A DNA stretch of 64,000 nucleotides, taken from the NCBI GenBank assembly GCA_035703635.1, contig DASSXV010000044.1:37974-101973 (forward strand), written 5' to 3'. Each line of letters begins with the position of its first letter. Position 1 is the stretch's first letter. This DNA is from Trueperaceae bacterium. GTDB lineage: Bacteria > Deinococcota > Deinococci > Deinococcales > Trueperaceae. Under the pieces are notes generated by a model. That model was given only the letters and a program-made list of their open reading frames with translations, was not told the origin of the DNA and ran no database searches. The position numbers and the translations under genes are program-made. Positions 1-10,211 of the stretch are shown piece after piece.

Positions 1-131
1 GCATCATCGTGCCGAACGGTGAGACCGTCATCCAGCCAGGCGATCACCTCTACCTCGTTACGACTCCAGACTGCGTCGGGGAAGTCGAGGAGTGGCTGGA
101 CGAGCGTAGGAGCAGGAAGCCGGTCGGGTGA
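1..131 (+). CDS. trkA: K+ uptake protein TrkA, C-terminal (RCK_C) fragment; 5' end lies outside the window
   Basis: Frame 3 reads [42 protein letters not shown], a typical TrkA-C ending. Its TGA (129-131) overlaps the GTG start (128) of the trkH-like gene. Confidence 0.6.
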   Translation, partial: IIVPNGETVIQPGDHLYLVTTPDCVGEVEEWLDERRSRKPVG

Positions 132-1627
132 CGACCACGGCGCGCACGCAGCCGCAACGCACCCGGCGCGACACGAGCCGCGGCAAGTTCTTCCCGTACG
201 TGCTAGGAACGGGCTTCATGGCGTTGAGCTTCGCCGCGACGGCGTTCGCCATCTACGCCCTCGCGGTTGGTGAGCCATTCCACGGCTTCGCGGCCACCGT
301 ACTCGTAGCGCTGCCCGCCGGACTTTACCTCCGTAGGCTGGGCAGCCCAGATGCCGACCCTAGCAGACGCGAGGCACTGATCACCGTGCTCCTCTCCTGG
401 CTCTTCCTCCCAGCGTTAGGCGCCATCCCCTACGTCTTCGGCGGGCAGTTGCCGCCACTCGACGCCTTCTTCGAGTCGATGAGCGGTTTCACCACGACCG
501 GCGCAACGACGATCCAAGACTTCTCGCTCGTGCCTGACTCGCTGCTCTTGTGGCGGGCCGTCTCCCAGTGGGTTGGTGGCGTCGGCATCCTCGTGCTGTT
601 CTTGGCCGTCTTCCCGCAACTAGCCATCGCTGGCAGGCAGATGTTCCACGCGGAGATGCCGGGACCGAGCCAGGAGCGCTTCACGCCGCGCCTGCGCCAG
701 ACGGCGTTGGCCGTCGTGGCGCTCTACGCTGCCCTTACCATCGCGTGCGCGGCGGCATACGCCGTCGCCGGCATGGCGCCGTTCGACGCCCTCGCGCACG
801 CCTTTGGCACGCTGGCAGCCGGGGGCTTCAGCGCCAACGCCGCGAGCTTCGCGGACTACAGCGCACCCGCGCTTCAGTGGATCGCGATCTTGTTCATGAC
901 CCTGTCCGGGGCGAGTTTCATACTCGTGTTCAGGGCCGTCTCCGGGCAGCCAAGGGCGCTGCTGCGCGACGCGGAGTTCCGCGTCTACATCGGCATCCTC
1001 GTCGTAGGGGGCGGCATACTCGCCATGCTCCTTGCCGGCGAGTACGGCACGGCCGATGCCATCCGCCACGGCTTGTTCCAGTCGGTGAGCATCGTGACGA
1101 GCACCGGTTTCGCCTCGGCCGACTTCCGGGAGTGGGGCCTGCCCGCCCAGGGAGTGATCCTCGCCCTCCTGTTCGTAGGGGGTTGCGGCGGTTCCGCCAG
1201 CGGCGGCGTGAAGGTAGTCCGGTGGTTGATCATCGCCAAGCACACGGCGCGGGAAGTGCGTCATGCGATCCACCCGCGCGCCGTGCTGCCCGTGCGCGTC
1301 GGCGACCGTATCGTCTCCGAGGACGCCATCAGGGCCGTGGGCGCGTTCATCACCCTCTACGTCGGCCTCTTCGCCTTCACGACCATAGCGCTCGTGTTCC
1401 TCGGCGCGGACTTCACGAGCGCCTTCAGCGCCTCCATCGCCTCCCTTGGGAACACCGGACCCGGCCTCGGGCCTTACGCGCCGATTGGCCAGCTCGACGA
1501 GCTGTCGGCGGTAGGGAAGCTCCTGCTCATGTTCGCCATGTACGCAGGGCGGCTCGAGGTAGTGACGGTGTTCGTCATCTTCACGCCCGGCTGGTGGCGC
1601 CTGCCTCGAGTCTGGTCACGCGGGTGA
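128..1627 (+). CDS. trkH: TrkH/KtrB-family potassium uptake membrane subunit
   Basis: 499-aa polytopic ORF with repeated pore-loop motifs ([27 protein letters not shown]). Coupled to the upstream trkA fragment. Confidence 0.85.
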   Translation: MTTTARTQPQRTRRDTSRGKFFPYVLGTGFMALSFAATAFAIYALAVGEPFHGFAATVLVALPAGLYLRRLGSPDADPSRREALITVLLSWLFLPALGAIPYVFGGQLPPLDAFFESMSGFTTTGATTIQDFSLVPDSLLLWRAVSQWVGGVGILVLFLAVFPQLAIAGRQMFHAEMPGPSQERFTPRLRQTALAVVALYAALTIACAAAYAVAGMAPFDALAHAFGTLAAGGFSANAASFADYSAPALQWIAILFMTLSGASFILVFRAVSGQPRALLRDAEFRVYIGILVVGGGILAMLLAGEYGTADAIRHGLFQSVSIVTSTGFASADFREWGLPAQGVILALLFVGGCGGSASGGVKVVRWLIIAKHTAREVRHAIHPRAVLPVRVGDRIVSEDAIRAVGAFITLYVGLFAFTTIALVFLGADFTSAFSASIASLGNTGPGLGPYAPIGQLDELSAVGKLLLMFAMYAGRLEVVTVFVIFTPGWWRLPRVWSRG

Positions 1628-1736
1628 GGCTCACGGCCTCCGGCCGGCCGCTTTGACGTGGGATATGCTGCCCCTCAGTAAACCATTCGCTGCCAGTCAC
1701 GCCGCCTTGAGTGGCGCGCGGCTATTTGGAGGACCC

Positions 1737-3686
1737 ATGGCCGACACCATCGAATCCGTACTGCAAGAGGCACGCCAGTTCCCGCCTCCTAAGTCGTTCC
1801 AGCGCACCGCCCTCATAAAAAGTTCCGAGGAGTACGAGAGGCTGTACCGCCAGTCGCTAGACGAGCCAGAACTATTCTGGGGCGAGGCGGCCAAGCGTCA
1901 TCATTGGTTCGAGCCGTGGACCAGCGTCATGGAGTGGGAAGAGCCGCACGTCAAGTGGTTCGTTGGCGGCAAGACGAACCTCGCTTACGACTGCCTCGAT
2001 CGACAAGTCGCCGAGGGCAAGGCCAACAAGGTGGCGTTCTTCTGGGAAGGTGAGCCTGGTGACAAGCGCACCATCACCTACGGCCAGATGCTCACAGAGG
2101 TCAGTCGCTTCGCCAACGTCCTGAAGGGCAAGGGCGTGAAGGTCGGCGACCGCGTCGCCATCTACATGCCCATGATCCCGGAGGCCATAGTTGCCATGCT
2201 GGCGTGCGCCCGCATAGGCGCGACGCACTCGGTCGTGTTCGGAGGCTTCTCGTCTCACGCGCTCTCCGACCGCGTCAACGACGCTCAGGCGAGCGTAGTC
2301 ATCACGGCAGACGGCGGCTTCCGCCGCGGCGCCGTCCTCCCGCTCAAACCGGCGGTCGACGAGGCCCTAGCTACGACGCCGAGCGTCAAGCACGTCATAG
2401 TCGTCAGACGCGCCGAGAACGTCGTAGACATGGAGGCCGGCCGCGACGAGTGGTACCACGAGCTCATGCAGGGCGCCTCGCCAAACTGCCCGGCCGTGCC
2501 GGTCGATGCGGAGCACCCCGCTTACGTGCTCTACACTTCCGGCTCGACTGGCAAGCCGAAGGGCGTGCTGCACACGACCGGCGGCTACCTCGTCCACACT
2601 TCCCTGACGGCGAAGTACGTGTTCGACCTGCAAGAGAACGACGTGTTCTGGTGCACGGCCGACATCGGGTGGGTGACGGGCCACTCGTACGTCGTCTACG
2701 GCCTCATGTCCAACGGCGCCACGCAGGTCATGTACGAGGGCAACCCGACGTACCCGGCGCCTGACCGCTTCTGGGAGATGATCGAACGCTACGGCGTGAC
2801 CATCTTCTACACGGCCCCAACCGCCATCCGCGCCTTCATCAAGCTTGGCAGGGAGTACCCGGAGAAGCACGACCTCTCTAGCCTGCGCCTCATCGGCACG
2901 GTCGGCGAACCCATCAATCCCGAAGCGTGGATGTGGTACCGCAGCGTCATCGGTGGCGACCGCTGCCCGATCGTCGACACGTGGTGGCAGACGGAAACGG
3001 GCGCCATCATGATCTCGACGTTGCCTGGCGTGCACACGACGAAGCCCGGCTCGGCCGGCGTTCCGCTTTTCGGCATCGACGCGGCCGTCGTGGACGCTGA
3101 CGGTAACGACGCAGGCGTCGACCAGGGCGGTTACCTCGTCATGCGTCGCCCGTGGCCCGGCATGCTGCGCACCGTTTACGGCGACGACGACCGCTACCGC
3201 AACCAGTACTGGGGCGAGGTGCCACACACCTACTTCTCCGGCGATGGGGCGCGGAAGGACGCGGACGGCTACTTCTGGGTGATGGGCCGCGTCGACGACG
3301 TGGTGAACGTGTCGGGCCACCGCCTCGGCACCATGGAGGTCGAGTCTGCGCTCGTCTCGCACCCTGCCGTGGCCGAGGCGGCCGTCGTTGGCCGCCCCGA
3401 CGAGCTGAAGGGTCAGGGGATCGTGGCGTTCGTGACGCTCGAGCAAGGTTTCGAGCCGAGCGACAAGTTGCGCGACGAACTGCGCAAGCACGTCGCTGCC
3501 GAGATCGGCGCCATAGCGCGGCCGGACGAGGTGCGCTTCGCGGACGCGCTACCGAAGACGCGTTCCGGCAAGATCATGCGCCGCCTCCTCCGCAGCGTGG
3601 CTTCCGGCCAGGAGTTGATCGGTGACACGAGCACGCTAGAGGACCGCGGGGTCGTCGAGCAACTGCAGCGCAGCGGGAACGAGTGA
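1737..3686 (+). CDS. acs: Acetyl-CoA synthetase (AMP-forming)
   Basis: Motifs [18 protein letters not shown] and [14 protein letters not shown], with Acs-like length. Start moved to ATG 1737 ([10 protein letters not shown]), which is preceded by GGAGGA. Confidence 0.93.
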   Translation: MADTIESVLQEARQFPPPKSFQRTALIKSSEEYERLYRQSLDEPELFWGEAAKRHHWFEPWTSVMEWEEPHVKWFVGGKTNLAYDCLDRQVAEGKANKVAFFWEGEPGDKRTITYGQMLTEVSRFANVLKGKGVKVGDRVAIYMPMIPEAIVAMLACARIGATHSVVFGGFSSHALSDRVNDAQASVVITADGGFRRGAVLPLKPAVDEALATTPSVKHVIVVRRAENVVDMEAGRDEWYHELMQGASPNCPAVPVDAEHPAYVLYTSGSTGKPKGVLHTTGGYLVHTSLTAKYVFDLQENDVFWCTADIGWVTGHSYVVYGLMSNGATQVMYEGNPTYPAPDRFWEMIERYGVTIFYTAPTAIRAFIKLGREYPEKHDLSSLRLIGTVGEPINPEAWMWYRSVIGGDRCPIVDTWWQTETGAIMISTLPGVHTTKPGSAGVPLFGIDAAVVDADGNDAGVDQGGYLVMRRPWPGMLRTVYGDDDRYRNQYWGEVPHTYFSGDGARKDADGYFWVMGRVDDVVNVSGHRLGTMEVESALVSHPAVAEAAVVGRPDELKGQGIVAFVTLEQGFEPSDKLRDELRKHVAAEIGAIARPDEVRFADALPKTRSGKIMRRLLRSVASGQELIGDTSTLEDRGVVEQLQRSGNE

Positions 3687-3728
3687 CGACGCAGGCTCGC
3701 CGTCACGCCAACGCGGGTTAGAGACCGC

Positions 3729-4526
3729 ATGCGAGGCTCTAAGCGCCTCAACATCGGCTTGCTCATGACTTATAACGAGCAAGACGTCATCGAGGAGATG
3801 CTGCGCCACAACGGGCCCGGCGTCGACGCCATCTTCGCGCTTGACGGGTCAGACGACGCCACGCCCGCCATCTTGCGCGCGGACCCGCTCGTCAAGCTCG
3901 TGCTGCGCGACGAGGACGTAGCTGGCGTAGGCAAGGTGCGCGACTACCACCGCCAAGCGCTCTTAGACGCCGCCAGGGCCGAGTACGGAGTAGGACACTG
4001 GTACACGCTCATGCACGGCGACGAGTTCTTCCACGACGACCCGCGGGCAGTGGCGCAAGCTGCGCAGGCGCAGGGCGCGGGCCGCGTCAACTGGGCAGCC
4101 ATGCAGTTCTTCTTGCACCCAAGCGACCGCCCAGTAGTGGGCGCGGGTGTGCAAGAGAACGTGCGCTGGTACTCCCCGTTCTGGGTCGAGATCAGGCAGT
4201 TCAGGGACGCGCCGGGCGCCGGCTACCGCACCGGTGAGCACGGCCGCGTGTTTCCGCACGGCGTTAGTTGGGTGCCTTACTGGAAGATGCCCCTCTTCAA
4301 ACATTACCCTTACCGTTCTGAGGCTCAGACGCGCGCTCGCCTCGAGGCCATGGCAGCAAGGGGATTCTCTGGCACGCGAGCGACGGACGACGTGTACCGC
4401 GACCGCTACGCCCCCGAGTACCGCGAAGCGGCCCGCTTCACTGGCGACTTCGGTGAGTTCGAGTTGGCGCGGCAGGGCAGTTTGTTGAACATGCTGCTGC
4501 GCTGGAGGCGGCTGGTGCCTAGGTGA
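3729..4526 (+). CDS. Glycosyltransferase family 2-like protein (Glyco_tranf_2_4-type), specific function unknown
   Basis: The N-terminus LNIGLLMTYNEQDVIEEML...DAIFALDGSDDATPAIL resembles the NE / DxSxD pattern of small GT2 proteins. The rest has no recognisable motif. Confidence 0.45.
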   Translation: MRGSKRLNIGLLMTYNEQDVIEEMLRHNGPGVDAIFALDGSDDATPAILRADPLVKLVLRDEDVAGVGKVRDYHRQALLDAARAEYGVGHWYTLMHGDEFFHDDPRAVAQAAQAQGAGRVNWAAMQFFLHPSDRPVVGAGVQENVRWYSPFWVEIRQFRDAPGAGYRTGEHGRVFPHGVSWVPYWKMPLFKHYPYRSEAQTRARLEAMAARGFSGTRATDDVYRDRYAPEYREAARFTGDFGEFELARQGSLLNMLLRWRRLVPR

Positions 4527-4533
4527 GAGGCGC

Positions 4534-5418
4534 CTAGCTGCGGCCCAGGTCGCCACCGGGGCGCTGGGTTGCTGGCAAGCGCCCCTCGGCGAGAACCATG
4601 GCTACCAGGATGAGGCTGGCGCCAAGCCACCCGAGGGTGCCCAAGCGCTCACCTATGAGCAGCATGGCGAAGCCGGCCGCGAACACGGGCTCGAGTACGA
4701 AGATCAGCGCGGCGAGGTGAGCCGGCACGACCCGTTGCGCGTACGTCTGGATCACGGCGACAAGGGCGGTGGCCACCACGGCCAGGTAGAGGATCGCCAA
4801 GTAGGTGCCGATCGGCACGCTCGCCAACTTGCCGACTTCTGGCGCGGCCCACAACCACGCGAGGGCAGCCATCGGCAGGTGCTGCATCATGGCGAGGGAC
4901 GTGCCCCTCACCTTGCCAGCCACCTCGCCGAGGTACACGATGTACATGGCGTAAGTGAGGGCGGTGACGAGCACGAGGAGGTCGCCGGCGTTGACGGCCG
5001 CGAAGCCGTTGCGCAAGGTCATGAGGCCGAGGCCAGCAAGCGCGACCGAGGCCGCGAGCAGTACGCGGGCGCTCAGGGCACGCTTCAGCCACACCCGCGC
5101 GACTAGCGGCGTGAGTATCACTGACAGGCCTGTAATGAAGGCCGCGTTAGAGGCGCTGGTGATGGCGAGGCCGGCCGTTTGGGTGGCGAAGCCGGCGAAC
5201 GAGAGCAACCCGAGCACTAGCGCCGGGACTAGCGCGCGCCTGTCCCACTTCGCCCAGGCGAGCAGCAACGCGGCGAGCGTGAAACGCACCGCTAGGAGTA
5301 ACGCCACCGGGATGGTGTCGAGCGCCTCCTTGACTACGACGAAGGTCGTACCCCAGATGACCGTGACGAGTACCAGTGAAATGACGCCCACGGCCGGAGA
5401 CACGAGCCTCATTGTCAC
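4534..5418 (-). CDS. EamA/DMT-family transporter
   Basis: 294 aa, about 10 TM helices, two-fold EamA-like repeat organisation. Confidence 0.8.
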   Translation of the reverse strand: MTMRLVSPAVGVISLVLVTVIWGTTFVVVKEALDTIPVALLLAVRFTLAALLLAWAKWDRRALVPALVLGLLSFAGFATQTAGLAITSASNAAFITGLSVILTPLVARVWLKRALSARVLLAASVALAGLGLMTLRNGFAAVNAGDLLVLVTALTYAMYIVYLGEVAGKVRGTSLAMMQHLPMAALAWLWAAPEVGKLASVPIGTYLAILYLAVVATALVAVIQTYAQRVVPAHLAALIFVLEPVFAAGFAMLLIGERLGTLGWLGASLILVAMVLAEGRLPATQRPGGDLGRS

Positions 5419-5507
5419 ACGCCGCGGCTAGCACCTGCAGTCGCGAGGGTCGGGTCGAGAGAGTCAAGTCGCGGAGTCAACCAGACCCCAATTGTTACTA
5501 TCGGCCA

Positions 5508-6041
5508 ATGATGCAGGAGTTCAGGGTTGGCCACGGTCAGGACGCGCACCGGCTGGTGGCGGGCAGGCAGCTAGTGATCGGGGGCGTGCCGGTGGAGAGC
5601 CAGCGCGGCGCGGACGCCCACTCAGACGGCGACGTGCTCCTCCACGCGCTGGCGGACGCCCTGTTATCCGCTTACGCTCTCGGGGACATCGGTCGGCTCT
5701 TCCCGCCGAGCGACGCACGCTTCGCGGGGATGGACAGCCGCGACATCGTGGCGCAAGTCCTGGAGAAGCTGCGCGTGCATACGCCCGGCGTTCGCGTTGT
5801 CAACGTGGCCGCGGTCGTGACCCTCGACACTCCGAAACTTGGCGCCGCCCGCGACGCGATGAGCACGGTCATCGCTGAGCTGCTCGAGCTGCAGGCTGAC
5901 TCGGTCGGCATCACCTTCAAGACTAGCGAGGGGCTCGCGCCCGACCACGTGCAGGCGAGCGTGGTGCTCGGCCTGCTGCAAGCCGAGCTCACCTTATACG
6001 AGAGTGCGCCGCGAACCGCCAATGGGTTCGCGGCGCACTAA
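5508..6041 (+). CDS. ispF: 2-C-methyl-D-erythritol 2,4-cyclodiphosphate synthase
   Basis: FRVGHGQDAHRL...GADAHSDGDVLLHALADALL...GDIGRLFP is the IspF signature. Start set to ATG 5508, which lies 6 nt after an extended -10 (TGtTACTAT, 5493-5501). Confidence 0.92.
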   Translation: MMQEFRVGHGQDAHRLVAGRQLVIGGVPVESQRGADAHSDGDVLLHALADALLSAYALGDIGRLFPPSDARFAGMDSRDIVAQVLEKLRVHTPGVRVVNVAAVVTLDTPKLGAARDAMSTVIAELLELQADSVGITFKTSEGLAPDHVQASVVLGLLQAELTLYESAPRTANGFAAH

Positions 6042-6055
6042 CAGCCGTCGTTGAA

Positions 6056-6403
6056 TCAGATTTCCTGCAGCGTCACCTGCACGCGGCCGGCCACTTCGGC
6101 CACCTGGAAGAGTTGGATCTTCTTGACGGCAGGCAGCGTGGCGCGGCCGGTGGTCAAGTCGAAGGTGGCGCCGTGGTGAATGCAGCGGATCTTGCCTTCG
6201 AGCAACTCGCCGTCGTTGATCGGGTAGCGCTGGTGGGTGCAGCGGTCGGGGAGCGCGTAGAACGCGCCCCCCTGCCTGACGATCACGATATCGGTGCCGC
6301 CCACCACGCGGGCGGTGATGGAGTCCTCCGGGAACTCATCGACGGCACCCACGTCGAACGACGCCGCCGCAACGGCTGCTCCGGCCGCCTCCTCCTCGCT
6401 CAC
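6056..6403 (-). CDS. Rieske [2Fe-2S] ferredoxin (non-haem oxygenase ferredoxin-type) coupled to the suf operon
   Basis: Contains CTH-x16-CIHH (C-x-H ... C-x2-H). The GTG start overlaps the sufD TGA. The longer 185-aa ORF N-terminus is Arg/Pro junk that overlaps sufD. Confidence 0.8.
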   Translation of the reverse strand: MSEEEAAGAAVAAASFDVGAVDEFPEDSITARVVGGTDIVIVRQGGAFYALPDRCTHQRYPINDGELLEGKIRCIHHGATFDLTTGRATLPAVKKIQLFQVAEVAGRVQVTLQEI

Positions 6404-7722
6404 AGCTTCTCCTTCACCCCTGGCACGCCGAGCTTGGCCTGCACGACGCGCTCGACGTACTCCGCCACCTTCGGCAGCGTCACGCGGCTCATGACCTCGT
6501 AGAGGAAGCCCGTGACGAGCACGTGCTCTGCTACTTCTGGGTGGAGTCCGCGGCTCATGAGGTAGAAGCGCTGGTCCTCCGGCACCGGGCCGGTGGTGGA
6601 GCCGTGTGAGCACTTGACGTCGTTGGCCGCGATCTCGAGTTGCGGGATGGAGACGACCTCGGAATCCTCGTCGAGGAGTAGGTTGCGGTTCGTCTGGTAA
6701 GCGTCCGTCTTCTGGGCGCCAGGGTCGACGACGATCATGCCGGAGTAAACGGCTTGGCTGGCGTCACGGACGGCGCCCTTGAAGAGCACATCGGAGAACC
6801 CGCGCTCCGTGGCGTGGTGCTGGAGGGTGAACTGGTTGAAGTGCTGGCCCTCGTCCGCGAAGTACAAGCCCAGCATCTCGCTCTCGGAGCCTGGACCTTC
6901 GAGGCGGCTCTCGACTTCGGCGCGGGCGGCGTCCGCCCCGAGGCTGACGGTCACGGACTCTAGGCGAGCGTCGCGGCCGAGGTGCGCGCGGAGCTTGTTG
7001 ATGTGCGCTACGTTGCGGCTCCAGTTCTGGAGGCTCACGTAGCGCAACTTGGCGCCATCTTGCAGGACGATCTCGGTGGCGGCGTCGAAGAACAGTCGCT
7101 CGTCGAACGGTTCGCTCGTGAACTCGTCGATGAAGGTGAGGCGCGCGTTAGCGCCGAGCACGATAAGGGCGCGCCCGAGCCCGATACCACCGGAGTCCGC
7201 CGTGGTGAACGCGCCTAGCGGCAGTTCGACCTCGACGTTCTTCGGGACGTACACGAAGGTGCCGTTCTCCCATAGCGCCGAGTTGAGCGCCGTGAACTTC
7301 GTTTGCGTGGCGTTGACCACGCTGTAGAGGTGCTCCTTGACGAGTGCCTCGTGCTCGCGTACGGCCGTGCGCAGGTCGGTGAAGATGACGCCTGACTCGC
7401 TGATGCTCGCCTCGTGCAACACGACCTGGTTGCCCTTGTGCACCATGACGCCTTCTGCGTCGGAGTCGGCGATGCGCATGCTGATGCGCTCCGACACTGT
7501 CGAGTCGCGCGGCGCCTTGGCAAGCTCGAGGCCGGCGTAAGCGAAGCGCGCCAGCTGCGTGTAGCGGTACTCCTCGGTGCGCTCTGTCGGGAACGGCTGT
7601 GCGTCGTAAGAGCGGAGTGCTGCCCTGCGCTCCTCAGCCAGCCAGGCGGGTTCGGCGTACGCGTCGATGATGTGTTCGACGGCGGCGGCGCTGATGACGG
7701 GGTTGTCTACCAGGGTCGCCAT
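6400..7722 (-). CDS. sufD: Fe-S cluster assembly protein SufD
   Basis: 440 aa from MATLVDNPV. SufB/SufD beta-helix family, placed between sufB and the Rieske gene. ATG is 2 nt after the sufB TAG. Confidence 0.88.
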   Translation of the reverse strand: MATLVDNPVISAAAVEHIIDAYAEPAWLAEERRAALRSYDAQPFPTERTEEYRYTQLARFAYAGLELAKAPRDSTVSERISMRIADSDAEGVMVHKGNQVVLHEASISESGVIFTDLRTAVREHEALVKEHLYSVVNATQTKFTALNSALWENGTFVYVPKNVEVELPLGAFTTADSGGIGLGRALIVLGANARLTFIDEFTSEPFDERLFFDAATEIVLQDGAKLRYVSLQNWSRNVAHINKLRAHLGRDARLESVTVSLGADAARAEVESRLEGPGSESEMLGLYFADEGQHFNQFTLQHHATERGFSDVLFKGAVRDASQAVYSGMIVVDPGAQKTDAYQTNRNLLLDEDSEVVSIPQLEIAANDVKCSHGSTTGPVPEDQRFYLMSRGLHPEVAEHVLVTGFLYEVMSRVTLPKVAEYVERVVQAKLGVPGVKEKL

Positions 7723-7724
7723 GC

Positions 7725-9173
7725 CTAACCTACGCTCCCTTCCATCTCGAGCTCGATGAGGCGGTTGAGCTCGACCGCGTACTCGAGCGGTAGCTCCTTG
7801 GCAACGGGGTCTAGGAAGCCGCGCACGATCAACGACATGGCCTCCGCCTGCCCAAGCCCCCGCGTCATGAGGTAGAAGATCTGCTCGTCGTCTAGCTTGC
7901 TGACGGTGGCCTCGTGCCCCACGTGGGCGGTCTTCTCGTTGATCTCGATGTACGGGAAGGTGTCGGTGCGGGCGTTCTCGTCGAGCAGCAGCGCGTCGCA
8001 CTCCACGTTGGAGCGGGCGTTGGTGGCGCCCTGATGGATCTGCACCAGACCGCGGTAGCTTGAGCGGCCCGTGCCCTTGCTGATGGACTTGCTGACCACG
8101 CTGCTGGTGGTGTTCGGGGCCACGTGGATGACCTTGGCGCCGGCGTCCTGGTGCTGGCCGTCAGTGGCGAAAGCGATGGAGAGGACCTCACCGTGGGCGC
8201 CCTCACCAACCAGGTAGGTGCTCGGGTACTTCATGGTGGTCTTGGAGCCGAGGTTGCCGTCCAGCCAGCCCATGCTGGCGTTGGCGTGCACCATGGCGCG
8301 CTGCGTGACGAGGTTGTAGACGTTGTGAGACCAGTTCTGGATGGTGGAGTAGCGCACGTGACTGTTGTCCTGGCACACGATCTCGATGACGCCAGAGTGG
8401 AACGAGTTGCTCGTGTACGCCGGGGCCGTGCAGCCCTCGATGTAGTGGAACTTGGAGCCTGGCGCCCCGATGATGAGGGTGCGCTCGAACTGGCCGATGT
8501 TCTCGGCGTTGAGCAGGAAGTACGCCTGCAGCGGCACGTCGACGTGGACGCCTTCCGGCACGTACACGAACGAGCCGCCAGACCACACCGCGGAGTTGAC
8601 CGCCGCGAAGTAGTTGTCCTCGGGCGGGATGACCGTCGCGAAGTACTCCTTGAAGATCTCGGGGTGCTCCTTGAGACCGGTGTCGGTGTCGAGGAAGATG
8701 ACGCCGAGCTTCTCCCACTCCTCCTTGAGCTTGTGATAGACCATCTCGGACTCGTACTGCGCGCCGACACCCGCCAGCGCGCGCTGTTCGGCCTCCGGTA
8801 CGCCCAAGCGGCGGTAGGTCTCGCGCACTTCTTCTGGGATGTCGTCCCATGAGCCCGCCGTGCCTTGCTTCTCGTTCGGCCTCACGTAGAAGAAGATGTC
8901 GTCGAAGTTGAGGCCGCCGAGGTCGGGTCCCCACTTGGGGCGGCCCTTCTTCTCAGCGATCTCGAACGCGCGCAGGCGGAACTTGAGCATCCACTCTGGC
9001 TCGTTCTTGAAGTAGCTGATCTGCTCGACGACGCGGCGTGTCAGGCCGCGGTCTGACTTGAAGAAGTAGTCCTCGGTGAGCTTGAAGTCGTACTGCTTGG
9101 TGTGCTCCATCCCCTCGAGCTTGGCAGCGTCGGGGTGGACGTCTTTAGTAATTTGGTTCGTCAGGTCGGACAC
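7725..9173 (-). CDS. sufB: Fe-S cluster assembly protein SufB
   Basis: 482 aa, highly conserved SufB sequence (FYLMTRGL, KISKGTGRSSYRGLV-like core). Confidence 0.95.
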   Translation of the reverse strand: MSDLTNQITKDVHPDAAKLEGMEHTKQYDFKLTEDYFFKSDRGLTRRVVEQISYFKNEPEWMLKFRLRAFEIAEKKGRPKWGPDLGGLNFDDIFFYVRPNEKQGTAGSWDDIPEEVRETYRRLGVPEAEQRALAGVGAQYESEMVYHKLKEEWEKLGVIFLDTDTGLKEHPEIFKEYFATVIPPEDNYFAAVNSAVWSGGSFVYVPEGVHVDVPLQAYFLLNAENIGQFERTLIIGAPGSKFHYIEGCTAPAYTSNSFHSGVIEIVCQDNSHVRYSTIQNWSHNVYNLVTQRAMVHANASMGWLDGNLGSKTTMKYPSTYLVGEGAHGEVLSIAFATDGQHQDAGAKVIHVAPNTTSSVVSKSISKGTGRSSYRGLVQIHQGATNARSNVECDALLLDENARTDTFPYIEINEKTAHVGHEATVSKLDDEQIFYLMTRGLGQAEAMSLIVRGFLDPVAKELPLEYAVELNRLIELEMEGSVG

Positions 9174-9241
9174 TTACCGTCCCTCCGCCCTTCTAGTTGC
9201 ATGAGTAGCCCGGTCGTTGCGTACGGGCGGCACGGGTGGGT

Positions 9242-10003
9242 TCAGGCGCCCACTGCTTCGCGGACCCACTCGTAGCCCTTCTGGTCGAGCTCCATCGCAA
9301 GCTCCTTCGGGCCGGTCTTGACGATGCGGCCGTGCACCATCACGTGGACGACGTCTGGCACGATGTGGTTGAGGAGGCGCTGGTAGTGGGTGATCACGAG
9401 GGCGCCGAACTCGGGCCCGCGGGCCGCGTTCACGCCTTGGGAGACGACCTTGAGGGCGTCGACGTCGAGGCCGGAGTCCGTCTCGTCGAGGATGGCGTAG
9501 CGCGGTTCGAGGACGAGCAGCTGCAGGATCTCGGAGCGCTTCTTCTCCCCGCCCGAGAAGCCCTCGTGCAGGTTGCGTTCGATGATCGACTCGTCCCAGT
9601 TGAGTTCCTTGACCGCGCGCTGCAGCTTCTTGTAGAACTCCATGACGCCGATCTCGTCGCCGTCCTCACGCCTGGCGTTGAGGGCGAGGCGCAAGAAGTT
9701 GGCGATCGACACGCCTGGAACTTCTACGGGGTACTGGAAGGCGAGGTAGAGCCCCTCGCGGGCGCGTTCGTCCGGCTCCATCTCGAGGATGGACTGGCCC
9801 TCCAGTAGGATGTCGCCCGCCGTGACCTCGTACTGCGGGTCGCCAGCGATGACCTTGGCTAGGGTCGACTTGCCTGAGCCGTTGGGACCCATGAGCGCGT
9901 GGACCTCGCCACGCGGCACCACTAGGTCTACGCCCCTCAGGATCTCGTCGCCGCCGACGATGCGGGCGTGTAGACCTTGGATCTCCAGCTTCTTGTCGCT
10001 CAT
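9242..10003 (-). CDS. sufC: Fe-S cluster assembly ATPase SufC
   Basis: From [13 protein letters not shown]. Walker [13 protein letters not shown] signature FSGGEKKR, Walker [11 protein letters not shown]. Confidence 0.95.
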   Translation of the reverse strand: MSDKKLEIQGLHARIVGGDEILRGVDLVVPRGEVHALMGPNGSGKSTLAKVIAGDPQYEVTAGDILLEGQSILEMEPDERAREGLYLAFQYPVEVPGVSIANFLRLALNARREDGDEIGVMEFYKKLQRAVKELNWDESIIERNLHEGFSGGEKKRSEILQLLVLEPRYAILDETDSGLDVDALKVVSQGVNAARGPEFGALVITHYQRLLNHIVPDVVHVMVHGRIVKTGPKELAMELDQKGYEWVREAVGA

Positions 10004-10211
10004 GTGCACACCTCTCGTGAAGGATCTCTGGTGTCGTTGATGGGCCGCGCCGCTTGCGCAGCTGCGCACGAACGGGCCCATAACTAGGACTCGTTCCGAT
10101 TCTAACTCGTTAGCTTGAGACGGGGTGCTGCATACTTGACCGCCCAGCTAGGCGTTAAGGCTACCAGGTAGGCGGTTCACCGACTGTTCTGATGAACGCA
10201 AGCTGCCGCCG

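Noticed and set aside
6400-8001. 533-aa version of sufD, and similar long N-terminal extensions of sufC, rplU, HU, plsC, ispF and acs in the ORF track
   Set aside because: The extensions are Arg/Pro-rich, overlap the upstream gene, and precede internal ATG/GTG codons. Those internal codons have SD or -10 signals and coincide with the conserved family N-termini.
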